The notes beneath the pieces were generated by a model that was given only the letters and a program-made list of their open reading frames with translations, had not been told where the DNA came from and did not search any database. Below, one piece after another: positions 6,789 through 15,781 of a stretch of 43,053 bases of DNA. Within the stretch, counting starts at the first letter, position 1. Each line of letters opens with the position of its first letter. This stretch comes from a virus. Its lineage: Duplodnaviria; Caudoviricetes. The stretch lies in the IMG/VR virus record IMGVR_UViG_3300048850_000008, positions 1 through 43,053 of that record; one strand, written 5' to 3'. The position numbers were made by a program, and so were the translations under genes.

Positions 6789-7061
6789 ATGTCCTTGACA
6801 ATCCTGGTGGCGAAGGCCACACGCCGTATCCACTCCCATGCAGTGAAGCTGCACACCAAGGCCCTGCGCGCCCGCGTCATGGCCGCTGGCCGCAACACCA
6901 AGCGCGCCGAGGAAGACGCGCGGGTGGCCGCCGCTATCGCCTTGGAGACGCGCAAGTTCGCCCAGGCGAAAGCGGTGGCGTTCCATAAAGCCCGCGTGTC
7001 GGAAGCGGACATTCACACGGCCGCCGAGGCCGAGGCCAATCTGATCGGAGGGAAGCTGTAA
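6789..7061 (+). CDS. Hypothetical helical protein, 90 aa
   Basis: GAGGG RBS before MSLTILV; TAATG overlap with next gene. Confidence 0.75.
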   Translation: MSLTILVAKATRRIHSHAVKLHTKALRARVMAAGRNTKRAEEDARVAAAIALETRKFAQAKAVAFHKARVSEADIHTAAEAEANLIGGKL

Positions 7062-7450
7062 TGACGCCGTTCAAAGTGGGTGACAAGGTGCGGTGCGTCA
7101 ATAAGTGGCACACGGTGGAGGAGATGAATACCATCTACACCGTTGCGAATGTTAAGACCCGCTTCCCGGACACGTACATTCAGCTTAAGGAGCTGCTGCA
7201 CAGTGCACCCGTGCACAGCTTTGACGCCACCCGCTACGAGTTGGCCGCCCCTCAGCCCCCTGCCGAGTTCTTCTACCGCGACCTGAACAGTGCGCCGGCC
7301 AACGAGCACGGCCCGTACGACACGGAAGAACTCGCCATCCAGGCCATCAAGGACTTGGGTATCGACGGCAACGTGTACGAGGTGGTGGAGCGCAAGCGCA
7401 TCGCAACCGTCAAGGTCACGCGCAGCGTGGACGTGGAGGTGACGCGATGA
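7061..7450 (+). CDS. Hypothetical protein, 129 aa, paralogue A
   Basis: GGAGG RBS; FKVGDKVRCV N-terminus; similar to the next gene. Confidence 0.85.
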   Translation: MTPFKVGDKVRCVNKWHTVEEMNTIYTVANVKTRFPDTYIQLKELLHSAPVHSFDATRYELAAPQPPAEFFYRDLNSAPANEHGPYDTEELAIQAIKDLGIDGNVYEVVERKRIATVKVTRSVDVEVTR

Positions 7451-7836
7451 GCGAGCCCAAGTTCCAGAAGGGAAACAAGGTGCGCTGCGTGTCGGTCGGG
7501 CACAGCACTCGGCTTGTGGTCGGGCGTGTGTACACCGTAGAAAAAGCTATAACCGCCGACGACGTTGACTACGTGGTACTCGCGGAGCTGTTGGCGGAAG
7601 TCCCGGACCACAACTACTACGCGGATAAGTTCGAGATGGTGCAGGAGGAGAAGCCGCGCGAGTTCCGGTACCTGCTCTCGGACGGTACGCCCGGCATGAA
7701 GTGGTTCGCCAGCGTAGACGAGGCCGAGGACTACCTACTCCTGCATGCGGCCGACGAGACAGCCATCCCCATCGTGGAAATCGTTCCCGTCAAGACCGTG
7801 AAGGTGCGCCGCGTGGTCGAGGAGGTGACACGATGA
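7447..7836 (+). CDS. Hypothetical protein, 129 aa, paralogue B
   Basis: GGAGGT RBS; FQKGNKVRCV N-terminus; ends EVTR like paralogue A. Confidence 0.85.
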   Translation: MSEPKFQKGNKVRCVSVGHSTRLVVGRVYTVEKAITADDVDYVVLAELLAEVPDHNYYADKFEMVQEEKPREFRYLLSDGTPGMKWFASVDEAEDYLLLHAADETAIPIVEIVPVKTVKVRRVVEEVTR

Positions 7837-8120
7837 ACGTTTCCCCCACGCAGGCGGAGTCCTTCCGCGCCATGCTGCCCAAGATGCCGGCCGTGAAGCA
7901 GCGCGTGCTGGATGTGCTCGCAGAGTACGCCGGCCCGCTGTCCCGCGAGTCCATCGCCCTGCTGAGTGGCATGCGCCTCGCCACCGTGTGCTCCGCCGTC
8001 CACGGTCTGATGAAGGACGGAGCGCTGGCGGATGCCGGCACCACGTACAACCACGAGACGCGGCGCAACGTGCAGGTGGTGAAGCTGGCCGGCGCGAAGC
8101 TCACGCCGTCGATCAACTAG
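7833..8120 (+). CDS. Winged helix-turn-helix DNA-binding protein, 95 aa
   Basis: RVLDVL-PLSRESIALLSGMRLATVCSAVHGLMKDGAL pattern followed by a beta wing; GGAGGT RBS. Confidence 0.8.
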   Translation: MNVSPTQAESFRAMLPKMPAVKQRVLDVLAEYAGPLSRESIALLSGMRLATVCSAVHGLMKDGALADAGTTYNHETRRNVQVVKLAGAKLTPSIN

Positions 8121-8128
8121 GAAACCAC

Positions 8129-8308
8129 ATGCTGAAAACTGCCATCGGCCTCTACATCGCGTACATCCTTCTCCTGGTCGCCATCATCGTCGGCTGGATC
8201 GGCAACCTCATCCACGCCTTCCACACAACCGGAACCACGGACCTGATCCTTACCCTCGTCGGCGTGTTCGCGCCGCCGCTTGGCGCAATCAAGTTCTTCT
8301 TCTTCTGA
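8129..8308 (+). CDS. Small membrane protein, 59 aa, two predicted TM helices
   Basis: AGGA RBS; hydrophobic runs IGLYIAYILLLVAIIVGWIG and LILTLVGVFAPPLGAI. Confidence 0.75.
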   Translation: MLKTAIGLYIAYILLLVAIIVGWIGNLIHAFHTTGTTDLILTLVGVFAPPLGAIKFFFF

Positions 8309-9115
8309 TTGCTACCTGCCCGTGATTGGCTTGCGGCGGCCCAGGCCCTGCCGGAAGGCGGGCGGGGTCGGATCAATCACACATGCGGGGAAGGGCGCAC
8401 GCTCCTCATCAAGCACGAGCGGGACAGGTGGTCCTCCTACTGCTTCCGCTGCGACGAGCCGGGCATCGAGCAGAAGCCCACGGAATCGTGGCAGGAGCGC
8501 CTGGAACGGCTCACCCGGGAGCAGGGTATGGACGCGGCCTTGCGCCGCTCTGTGGCCCTTCCTGGCCCGCCTGAGTTCGACGTACAGCAGTGGCCCGCCG
8601 CGGCCAGGGTGTGGCTGTACAAGGCCGGCATCGGACGGCCGGAGATAGAGGAGCTGGGCGCGTACTGGCATCGGCCCACGGGCAGGCTAGTGCTGCCCAT
8701 CTTCGAGGGCGAGCAGCTTATCTACTGGCAGGCCCGCGACGTGAGCTGGACCCGCGCGTCCAAGCGCGCCAAGTACGTAAACCCCGACGTAGACAAGCAG
8801 CGCCTCGTCGCTAAGTACGGACGGGGTAACCCGCTGGTGCTTACCGAGGATGTACTGAGCGCGTTCCGGGTGGGGCAAGTGACCGAGGCGTGGTCCCTCC
8901 TGGGCACCAGCCTGAGCGATCCGGTAGCCGCAAGCATCAAGACATCGCGCCCCGTGCGGGTATGGCTGGACCCCGATCCAGCAGGCCGCAAGGCGGCGCG
9001 CACCATTACCCAACAACTTCGCAGCCAGGGGCTGGACGCGCAGCGCATTGAGGCGCGCGCCGATCCGAAGCTGCTATCACGCCGGGAGATTGAACATCAC
9101 CTCCGCCATTCGTAA
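8309..9115 (+). CDS. DNA primase (Zn-binding plus TOPRIM)
   Basis: HTCG...YCFRC zinc site, YWQAR, KY, LTEDVLSA and WLDPD TOPRIM motifs; TTG start. Confidence 0.9.
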   Translation: MLPARDWLAAAQALPEGGRGRINHTCGEGRTLLIKHERDRWSSYCFRCDEPGIEQKPTESWQERLERLTREQGMDAALRRSVALPGPPEFDVQQWPAAARVWLYKAGIGRPEIEELGAYWHRPTGRLVLPIFEGEQLIYWQARDVSWTRASKRAKYVNPDVDKQRLVAKYGRGNPLVLTEDVLSAFRVGQVTEAWSLLGTSLSDPVAASIKTSRPVRVWLDPDPAGRKAARTITQQLRSQGLDAQRIEARADPKLLSRREIEHHLRHS

Positions 9116-9341
9116 GTTCTACGAAAAATGCCCCTGCTGCGGCGGGGATAAGGAACGCTCGCCAACGCCCGAGGAGCTGGCCCGCGAAGTAATAAGCCGT
9201 GAAATCGGTGCGGCCCTGTCCGGGCGTGATGTCTGCTCTCTGATACCTGGATGGCCCGGGACGTTGGCTATCGCGCGCCGTGCGTTAGCCGCAATGAAAG
9301 CGGCTGGCTTGCAGCTAACCAAGGAGAACGCCTCATCCTAG
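9090..9341 (+). CDS. Hypothetical protein with CPCC motif, about 83 aa
   Basis: Fills the primase-helicase gap; probable TTG start, position uncertain. Confidence 0.5.
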   Translation: MNITSAIRKFYEKCPCCGGDKERSPTPEELAREVISREIGAALSGRDVCSLIPGWPGTLAIARRALAAMKAAGLQLTKENASS

Positions 9342-10606
9342 AAACCACAGTCCTGCAACTGCTCAGGTTCCGTGACCGCTATGAGAAGTTGGCAGGCTCA
9401 GTACCAAAGGCTGCGCTGGACATCAAGACGCAGACAATCCTGGGCGACTTCGGGAAGTTCTTCCGAGCCAACCCGGAATGCAACGAGATACAGTCCGGCC
9501 CCTTCACCCTTTGGTTCAATCTCGCGCACCCGAAACTCACGGACGACCAACGCACACTCTATGCGCGCGCCCTCAAGCAGATAGACAAAGCCGTAGACCC
9601 CAGTATTGAGGCCGGCCTGGTGGAGCGGCTGGTGGAAGCGTCCACGGCCGCCGCCGTCACCGAGATGTTGGAGCAGTACCGGGATGGTGAGGTGTCGTTG
9701 ACCACGGCGCTGAACGCGCTGAACGAGCAGCACCGTAACCAGATCAATCGCAAGGTGCGCGTGCCGGAAGTCACGGACGACATCAGCGAGTTGCTGCGCG
9801 AGGACGTAAACAACATCGGCCTGCACTGGCGCACCCAGGCGGTGTCCTGCGCTGTGCGTGCGCTGCAAGAGGGGGACTTCATTGTCCTGGCCGCACGCCC
9901 GGATGCCGGAAAGACGACATGGCTGGCGTCCGAGCTGTCCTTCATGGCCCCGCAGGTGGACGCACTGTACCCCGGTCAGCATCGCAGCATCATCTGGCTG
10001 AACAACGAGGGGCCAGGGCGGCGCATCAAGCGCAGGCTGTATCAGGCGGCGCTGGGCCTGAAGGTGTCCGAGATGGCGGAGATGGACAAGCGGGGAGAGC
10101 TGAAACCCGCGTACGCCAAGGCCGTAGGCCGCAGCGACATCATCCGCGTGTTCGACATTCACGACTTCTGGTCGCACGAGGTGGAGGACATCATCGCCAA
10201 CATCCCGTCCGCCCTGGTGGTGTTCGACATGATCGACAACATCAAGTTCGGCGGCGAGATTGCCAACGGCGGCCAGCGCACGGACCAAGCCCTGGAGTCC
10301 ATGTACCAATGGGCGCGCGTCATGGGTGTGAAGTACGGCACCCGCTGCATCGCCACGTCCCAGGTGTCCGCTGACGGGGAGGGCTTGCCCTATCCCAACA
10401 TGAGCATGCTCAAGGACAGCAAGACGGGCAAGCAGGGCGCGGCCGACGCCATTGGCATCCTCGGCAAAAGCGGCTCGATTGAATTGCAGAACACGCGATT
10501 CATCGGCTTCCCGAAAAACAAACTGCACATAGAGGGCGGCCCGAAGGACCCACAGCGAGAGGTGGTGTTCGACGCGGAGCGCGCCCGAGTGAGGGACCCA
10601 CAGTGA
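9335..10606 (+). CDS. DnaB-like (SF4) replicative helicase
   Basis: Walker A ARPDAGKTT, NNEG, Walker B VVFD, ATSQ, KTGKQGAAD. Start uncertain: ATC at 9335 after AAGGAG, or ATG at 9251. Confidence 0.92.
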   Translation: MLETTVLQLLRFRDRYEKLAGSVPKAALDIKTQTILGDFGKFFRANPECNEIQSGPFTLWFNLAHPKLTDDQRTLYARALKQIDKAVDPSIEAGLVERLVEASTAAAVTEMLEQYRDGEVSLTTALNALNEQHRNQINRKVRVPEVTDDISELLREDVNNIGLHWRTQAVSCAVRALQEGDFIVLAARPDAGKTTWLASELSFMAPQVDALYPGQHRSIIWLNNEGPGRRIKRRLYQAALGLKVSEMAEMDKRGELKPAYAKAVGRSDIIRVFDIHDFWSHEVEDIIANIPSALVVFDMIDNIKFGGEIANGGQRTDQALESMYQWARVMGVKYGTRCIATSQVSADGEGLPYPNMSMLKDSKTGKQGAADAIGILGKSGSIELQNTRFIGFPKNKLHIEGGPKDPQREVVFDAERARVRDPQ

Positions 10607-10842
10607 AATTCTGCAAGGACTGCAAGCATTACCGGCGCAGCCAGTTCGGGCGAATGACCCACCACATTATTCCGTTGCACGGCTGCGCGCGGCGGTACAG
10701 CGAAATAACAGTGCAGTGTCCGGTGACTGGCGACACGCAGATAAAAGGGGTGGGGCACCTCCGGGACGCTGAGGTCGAGCGCACTGCGGGACTAAACCAC
10801 TGCGGCCCCGAAGCCGTCTTCTATGAGGCGGCCTGGGCTTGA
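10603..10842 (+). CDS. Small Cys-rich protein, 79 aa
   Basis: FCKDCKHY...C...CGPEA putative zinc ligands; overlaps both neighbours by 4 nt. Confidence 0.7.
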   Translation: MKFCKDCKHYRRSQFGRMTHHIIPLHGCARRYSEITVQCPVTGDTQIKGVGHLRDAEVERTAGLNHCGPEAVFYEAAWA

Positions 10843-13310
10843 GCGGCTACCCGTACGTCGTATGGGACTTGGAAACCAGCACAAAGACTGAGTACAAGCG
10901 CAAGGCCAATCCGTTCAGCGCAGAGAACTACATCGTGTGCCAGGGATGGCAGCGCGGCACGCTGGGCGCGGCAATGGCCGGGGGCATCACACCGGCCGAC
11001 TACTTCCCGGAAGGGCTGGACCGCGAGGAGCGCATTGCCGCGTGCAAGAAGCTGCCCAAGGACTGGTTCACCAAGCACTTGCAGAACACCAAGCTGCTTG
11101 TGGGGCAGAACATCAAGTTCGACCTGCTGTACGCCATCGCCAATCCCAACAGCAACCCCGAGGCCAACCTGTTCGCCTGGATGGAGTTCATCAACCGCGG
11201 CGGCATGATTTGGGACATCCAGCTCGCTGAGTACATGCTGGCCGGCATGGAGCAATCCAGCCACATGCTGGCGCTGGACGAGATAGCGCCCAGCTACGGC
11301 GGGAACGTGAAACTTGACGAGGTAAAAACGCTTTGGGAAGCCGGGGTCGACACCATCGACATTCCCGAGGACCTGCTGATGCGCTACCTCGCGGGACGCG
11401 AAGGCTCGGATGGCTTCGAGGAAGGTGACATCGGGAACACCGAGCGTGTGTTCCGCGGCCAGTGGGACAAGGCCAAGCAGTCCGGCCAGCTGCGCAGCAT
11501 CCTGCTGGGCATGGGCGCGCTGGTGTTCACCATCGAGTGCGAGCGCAACGGCATGGCGGTGGACAAGCAGCTGGGCCTGGAGCTGGCCGAGAAGCTGGCG
11601 GCCAAGCTGGCCGAGGCATCGTTGCAGTTGGAGAAGTACCTGCCCGAGGGCTTGCCCTTCGAGTTCAACTGGAACAGCCGCTTCCACAAGTCCGCGCTCA
11701 TCTTCGGCGGCAAGGTCAAGTACGACGCGCCGGCCCCTGTGCTGGACGACGATGGGAACCTGACGTACTACCAGAAGAAGGAGCTGCACTACTTGCTCGT
11801 AGACGGTACCACGACGCCGTGCGCACCCGGCGAGCCGTGCTTCGGATACGACGGGGGGCGCAGCGCCGACGATTACTCGCGCTTTGCCGGGGGCAAGAAC
11901 AAGGGCGAGCTCAAGACCAAGCAGGTTACGGTGCCCGACCTGGAGCGCGGCCACAAGACGCGCATAGAGCCGCATTACTACACGTTCGAGGGCTTCACCA
12001 AGCCGGACCCGACCTGGGAGAGCAAGAGCGACCCAGGCGTGTACAGCACCGCCAGCGAAATCATGGAGGAGCTTACGTCCAACACGGACGTGCCGTTCCT
12101 CAAGACGCTGGGCGAAGTGGTGAAGATGACCAAGGACCTCGGCACCTACTTCATCACGACCGATGAGGACGGCAACCAGAAGGGCATGCTCACCCTGGTG
12201 CAGCTGGACGGCATCATCCACCACATGCTCAATCACACGAGCACGGTGACCGCCCGCCTGTCCTCCAGCAACCCGAATCTCCAGAACATCCCGAAGGGCC
12301 AGAAGTCCGACGCGAAGACCCTGTTCAAGTCCCGGTGGGGCGAGGACGGCGTAATCATCCAGTCCGATTTCAGCTCCCTGGAGGTGTACGTCCAGGCCAT
12401 CCTGACCCGGGCCGCGCAGCTTATCGCTGACTTGCGCGCTGGCGTGGACATGCACTGCATGCGCCTCGCCGCCAAGGAAGGCATGCAGTACGACGAGGTT
12501 CTGCAACTCTGCAAGGGCGAGGGCGTGGACCCGGAGGTGCAATCCGAATGGGACTACAAGCGCACAGGGGCGAAGGTGTTCTCGTTCCAGCGGGCGTACG
12601 GCGCGGGCACCAAGAAGATTGCCAAGTCCACGGGCATGTCCGAGGAGGACACGCAGGCCCTGGCCGACGCGGAGAACGCCCGCTACCCGGAGATTGAGCC
12701 GTACTTCGAGCAGAAGGCGATCGACATCCGCAAGTCCCGCATCCCCACCGGCATGATCGTGCAGCACCCGGAGATACCCGGTCTGCAAATCCAGCTCGGC
12801 AAGGGGTACAGCGTGACGCCGGACGGCAAGCTGTACTGCTACCGCGAGCACCCGTCGCCCAAGTGGCTCATCGAGCGTGGCAAAGAGCGCGCCGGCTTCA
12901 TGCCCACGGAAATCAAGAACTACGAGGTGCAAGGCACTGGCGGGGAATTCGCCAAGGCCGCCATGTGGTTGTCCGTGCGTGCGTTCTACCACTACCGGAA
13001 CTTCGATGGGCTGGCCCTGCTGGTCAATCAGGTGCATGACGCCGAGTACGCCGACGCGCACAAGAAGGTCCGGGCCAAGGCCGCGGCTCTCCTGCACGTC
13101 TGCATGGAGGAGGCCAGCACTTTCATGGAGTGGTGGTTCAAGTGGGAGCTACCGCTGGGCGTGCCGTCCGACACGGTGTGGGGCAGCAGCATGGCCGAGG
13201 AAAGCAAGATTACTTCGGATGTATTCGAGCAGTGTGTAGACAAGCTGCGGCCCTGGGTCCGCAAGCGCTTCATCGGGAATCACGTCCCGACCTTTGAACA
13301 GTCCCTGTAG
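10839..13310 (+). CDS. Family A DNA polymerase with 3'-5' exonuclease
   Basis: WDLET, NIKFD, TARLSSSNPNLQNIP, DFSSLE (motif A), RTGAKVFSFQRAYG (motif B), NQVHD (motif C). Confidence 0.97.
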   Translation: MSGYPYVVWDLETSTKTEYKRKANPFSAENYIVCQGWQRGTLGAAMAGGITPADYFPEGLDREERIAACKKLPKDWFTKHLQNTKLLVGQNIKFDLLYAIANPNSNPEANLFAWMEFINRGGMIWDIQLAEYMLAGMEQSSHMLALDEIAPSYGGNVKLDEVKTLWEAGVDTIDIPEDLLMRYLAGREGSDGFEEGDIGNTERVFRGQWDKAKQSGQLRSILLGMGALVFTIECERNGMAVDKQLGLELAEKLAAKLAEASLQLEKYLPEGLPFEFNWNSRFHKSALIFGGKVKYDAPAPVLDDDGNLTYYQKKELHYLLVDGTTTPCAPGEPCFGYDGGRSADDYSRFAGGKNKGELKTKQVTVPDLERGHKTRIEPHYYTFEGFTKPDPTWESKSDPGVYSTASEIMEELTSNTDVPFLKTLGEVVKMTKDLGTYFITTDEDGNQKGMLTLVQLDGIIHHMLNHTSTVTARLSSSNPNLQNIPKGQKSDAKTLFKSRWGEDGVIIQSDFSSLEVYVQAILTRAAQLIADLRAGVDMHCMRLAAKEGMQYDEVLQLCKGEGVDPEVQSEWDYKRTGAKVFSFQRAYGAGTKKIAKSTGMSEEDTQALADAENARYPEIEPYFEQKAIDIRKSRIPTGMIVQHPEIPGLQIQLGKGYSVTPDGKLYCYREHPSPKWLIERGKERAGFMPTEIKNYEVQGTGGEFAKAAMWLSVRAFYHYRNFDGLALLVNQVHDAEYADAHKKVRAKAAALLHVCMEEASTFMEWWFKWELPLGVPSDTVWGSSMAEESKITSDVFEQCVDKLRPWVRKRFIGNHVPTFEQSL

Positions 13311-13325
13311 AGAGGATTAGAACGC

Positions 13326-14207
13326 ATGGCATTTAACATCAAGAACGCAATCAGCAAGGCCGCCAAGGGCGTAGACATGAACGTGGCGCAGAAGGGCGGC
13401 GGCACCTACACCCCGCCAGCTACCGGCGTGCCGGGCCTGCGCTTCGTGGCCTACGTAGAGCTTGGCCCGCAGAACGAAACGTACCAGGGCCAGGAGCGCG
13501 TGCGTGAGCAAGTCAAGCTGGTGTTCGAGCTGCACGGGAAGAAGTGGCCGCTGTCCGACAACGGCCAGCCGCAGCGCATCACCGTGAGCTTGGCTAAGTC
13601 GCTGAACGAGAAGGCCACGTTCTACAAGCTGTTCAAGGCGATGAACTACGACGGCAAGGCCAAGCACTTCGCGGAGCTGCTGGGCCAGGACTACGTAGGT
13701 ACGGTCTATCACTCGGTATGGAAGTCGGACCCCAACAAGGTCACGGCCACATTTAAGGACCCGAACACAGGCGTTATCAACATCCGCCCGCCATTTGTCG
13801 AGGACGAGGAAGGAGAGGCGCAACGCCGCAACGTGCCGCCAGCTATCAGCGAGCTGCGCCTGTTCCTGTGGGATGCGCCGGATGCGGACCAGTGGGCCAG
13901 CATCTTCATCGACGGCGAGTACGAGCCTGGCAAGTCCAAGAACGTATTCCAGAACGCGATCAAGGCCAGCCCTGCTTTTGAGGGCAGCCCCATCGAGGCG
14001 CTGCTGTTGGGCGCTACGGACGACGACGATGCGGATGACGTAGAGAAGGCCAAGGCAGAAGCCAAGGCCAAGAAGGCGGAGAAGGCCGCAGCCCCAAAGA
14101 AGACGACCAAGGCGGCCGAGAAGAAGCCGGAGCCCGCACCTGCTTCGGATGACGGCGGCGAGGATGATCCGCTGGCTGGCGTCGGCGAAGACGACATCCC
14201 CTTCTGA
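13326..14207 (+). CDS. Probable single-stranded DNA-binding protein
   Basis: Position after the polymerase; beta-rich core, Lys/Ala linker, acidic tail ending EDDIPF. Confidence 0.7.
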   Translation: MAFNIKNAISKAAKGVDMNVAQKGGGTYTPPATGVPGLRFVAYVELGPQNETYQGQERVREQVKLVFELHGKKWPLSDNGQPQRITVSLAKSLNEKATFYKLFKAMNYDGKAKHFAELLGQDYVGTVYHSVWKSDPNKVTATFKDPNTGVINIRPPFVEDEEGEAQRRNVPPAISELRLFLWDAPDADQWASIFIDGEYEPGKSKNVFQNAIKASPAFEGSPIEALLLGATDDDDADDVEKAKAEAKAKKAEKAAAPKKTTKAAEKKPEPAPASDDGGEDDPLAGVGEDDIPF

Positions 14208-15154
14208 TGACACAGCCCGAGTGGCTGCGTAAAGCAGCCGCGCGGGTAGCCGAGCAGATTCCTGACGCAACCCCGATGGACGATGTGGTCCCCGGTCGCA
14301 CCGTGATGGTGGACGGGGACTACCTATGCTACTTCGCCAGCGGGGGCGACGAGATGCGGGTGGACATCTCGCGGCGTGTATTCGTTGATCGGCTACACGC
14401 CGTCAGGGAGCTGACCGGCGCGGAGAAGGTGGAGCTGCACCTATCCGCCCGCGCCAGCACCAAGGGTGAGCGATACCTTATCGCCACCACACAGCCCTAC
14501 CAGGGCCACCGCCACGGCCGCAAGCCCAAGAATTGGGAAGCCGTGCGGGAGTTCGCGGAGACGGTTGACGAGGACCGCATGCGCGCCAAGCGCATCGAAT
14601 GGTGGGACCGAGAGGCGGACGACGGCCTAGCCGCCGCAACGCTATCGGCCCGCGATCCTGTGACCTCCTACGTGATTCACACCGCCGACAAAGACATGCG
14701 CATGCTGCCCGGGCTGCATCTTGCCTGGACCGACTACGCCCGCACCGAAGTACCGAAGGGGGCGTACGAGGTTATCGGCCCGTACGACGGCAAGGTGTAC
14801 GGCACAAAGTGGTTCTGGATGCAGATGCTCATGGGCGACACCGCCGACCACATACCCGGCTTGTGGAAGGTGGGTGAGGGCAAGGCCCTTAAGTGGCTTG
14901 CCGGCACAACCTGCAACGCCGAGGCGTACGAGGTGGTGACTGCCAAGTACCAGGAGTTCAAGGGCGAAACCTGGGCGGACTACTTCGTGGAGCAGGCCGA
15001 GCTGCTATGGCTGCGCAAGACCGCAGAGCCGCACGACTACATGCGCGTGCTTCCCAGCAACTACTCGCGCGACATCTACCACGCCACCGTGCGGATGAAA
15101 CGCAACATCAAGGAGAAGCGTGAAGCGCTTGACCGCCTCAATGCTCAAACCTAA
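14207..15154 (+). CDS. 5'-3' exonuclease (T7 gp6 / flap endonuclease family)
   Basis: VDGD, EADD, DKD and GDTADHIPG motifs. Confidence 0.93.
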   Translation: MTQPEWLRKAAARVAEQIPDATPMDDVVPGRTVMVDGDYLCYFASGGDEMRVDISRRVFVDRLHAVRELTGAEKVELHLSARASTKGERYLIATTQPYQGHRHGRKPKNWEAVREFAETVDEDRMRAKRIEWWDREADDGLAAATLSARDPVTSYVIHTADKDMRMLPGLHLAWTDYARTEVPKGAYEVIGPYDGKVYGTKWFWMQMLMGDTADHIPGLWKVGEGKALKWLAGTTCNAEAYEVVTAKYQEFKGETWADYFVEQAELLWLRKTAEPHDYMRVLPSNYSRDIYHATVRMKRNIKEKREALDRLNAQT

Positions 15155-15521
15155 GCGGGCGCAAATGGCGAAGGAGCAGCATGGACTGTGCCCCATCACC
15201 AAGCGCCCCCTGGGGGATGACATCGTTCTGGACCACTGCCACACAACCGGCATGATCCGCGCAGTACTGCCCCGATGGATCAACGCCATCCTGGGCCGCA
15301 TCGAGAATTGGTCCGCCCGCGCCGGCAAGGGCATAGACCAGATAGCGCTGCTCCGCGGCATCGCGGACTACATCGAGTTCCACCAGCGCTACCCCACCGG
15401 CATCCTGCATCCCACGCACCGCACCGAAGCGGAGAAGCGCGACCTGAAGAACAAGCGCGCCCGCGCAGCCCGCCAGAAGGCCAACATAGAAAAGCGGCGT
15501 GCCGCGAAGGAATCCGAATGA
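15120..15521 (+). CDS. Endonuclease VII-like resolvase
   Basis: Q.GLCPI...VLDHCHTTGMIRAVL...N..LG. Confidence 0.88.
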   Translation: MKRLTASMLKPKRAQMAKEQHGLCPITKRPLGDDIVLDHCHTTGMIRAVLPRWINAILGRIENWSARAGKGIDQIALLRGIADYIEFHQRYPTGILHPTHRTEAEKRDLKNKRARAARQKANIEKRRAAKESE

Positions 15522-15781
15522 GCGTTCTCATGCGCAAGAAGGTTCATACGAACATTGGCGTAATCGAAGTATCAGTGCGGCCCGTCAACAGCTCCGGCTT
15601 TGACCTGCATCCCCGCGCTGTAGCGTACGAGTACGAGGCCAAGTTCAAGGAACTGCACACGATCATCCGGGTTGATGCGTTCCAAGCCGAGTATCACGGC
15701 GGCGGGGACGGTTTCCTGGAGCACATCGAGCGTGACCTTATGCAGCGCCCGGCGCGGTACGCCTTCGAGGTAGTGGGTTGA
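15518..15781 (+). CDS. Hypothetical protein, 87 aa
   Basis: AAGGA RBS before MSVLMRKK; overlaps both neighbours by 4 nt. Confidence 0.7.
   Translation: MSVLMRKKVHTNIGVIEVSVRPVNSSGFDLHPRAVAYEYEAKFKELHTIIRVDAFQAEYHGGGDGFLEHIERDLMQRPARYAFEVVG

Noticed and set aside
10821-13097. 758-aa minus-strand ORF, and similar long antisense ORFs at 9398, 13317, 23319 and 32452
   Set aside because: Shadow frames opposite well-supported genes in GC-rich DNA; no recognisable motifs
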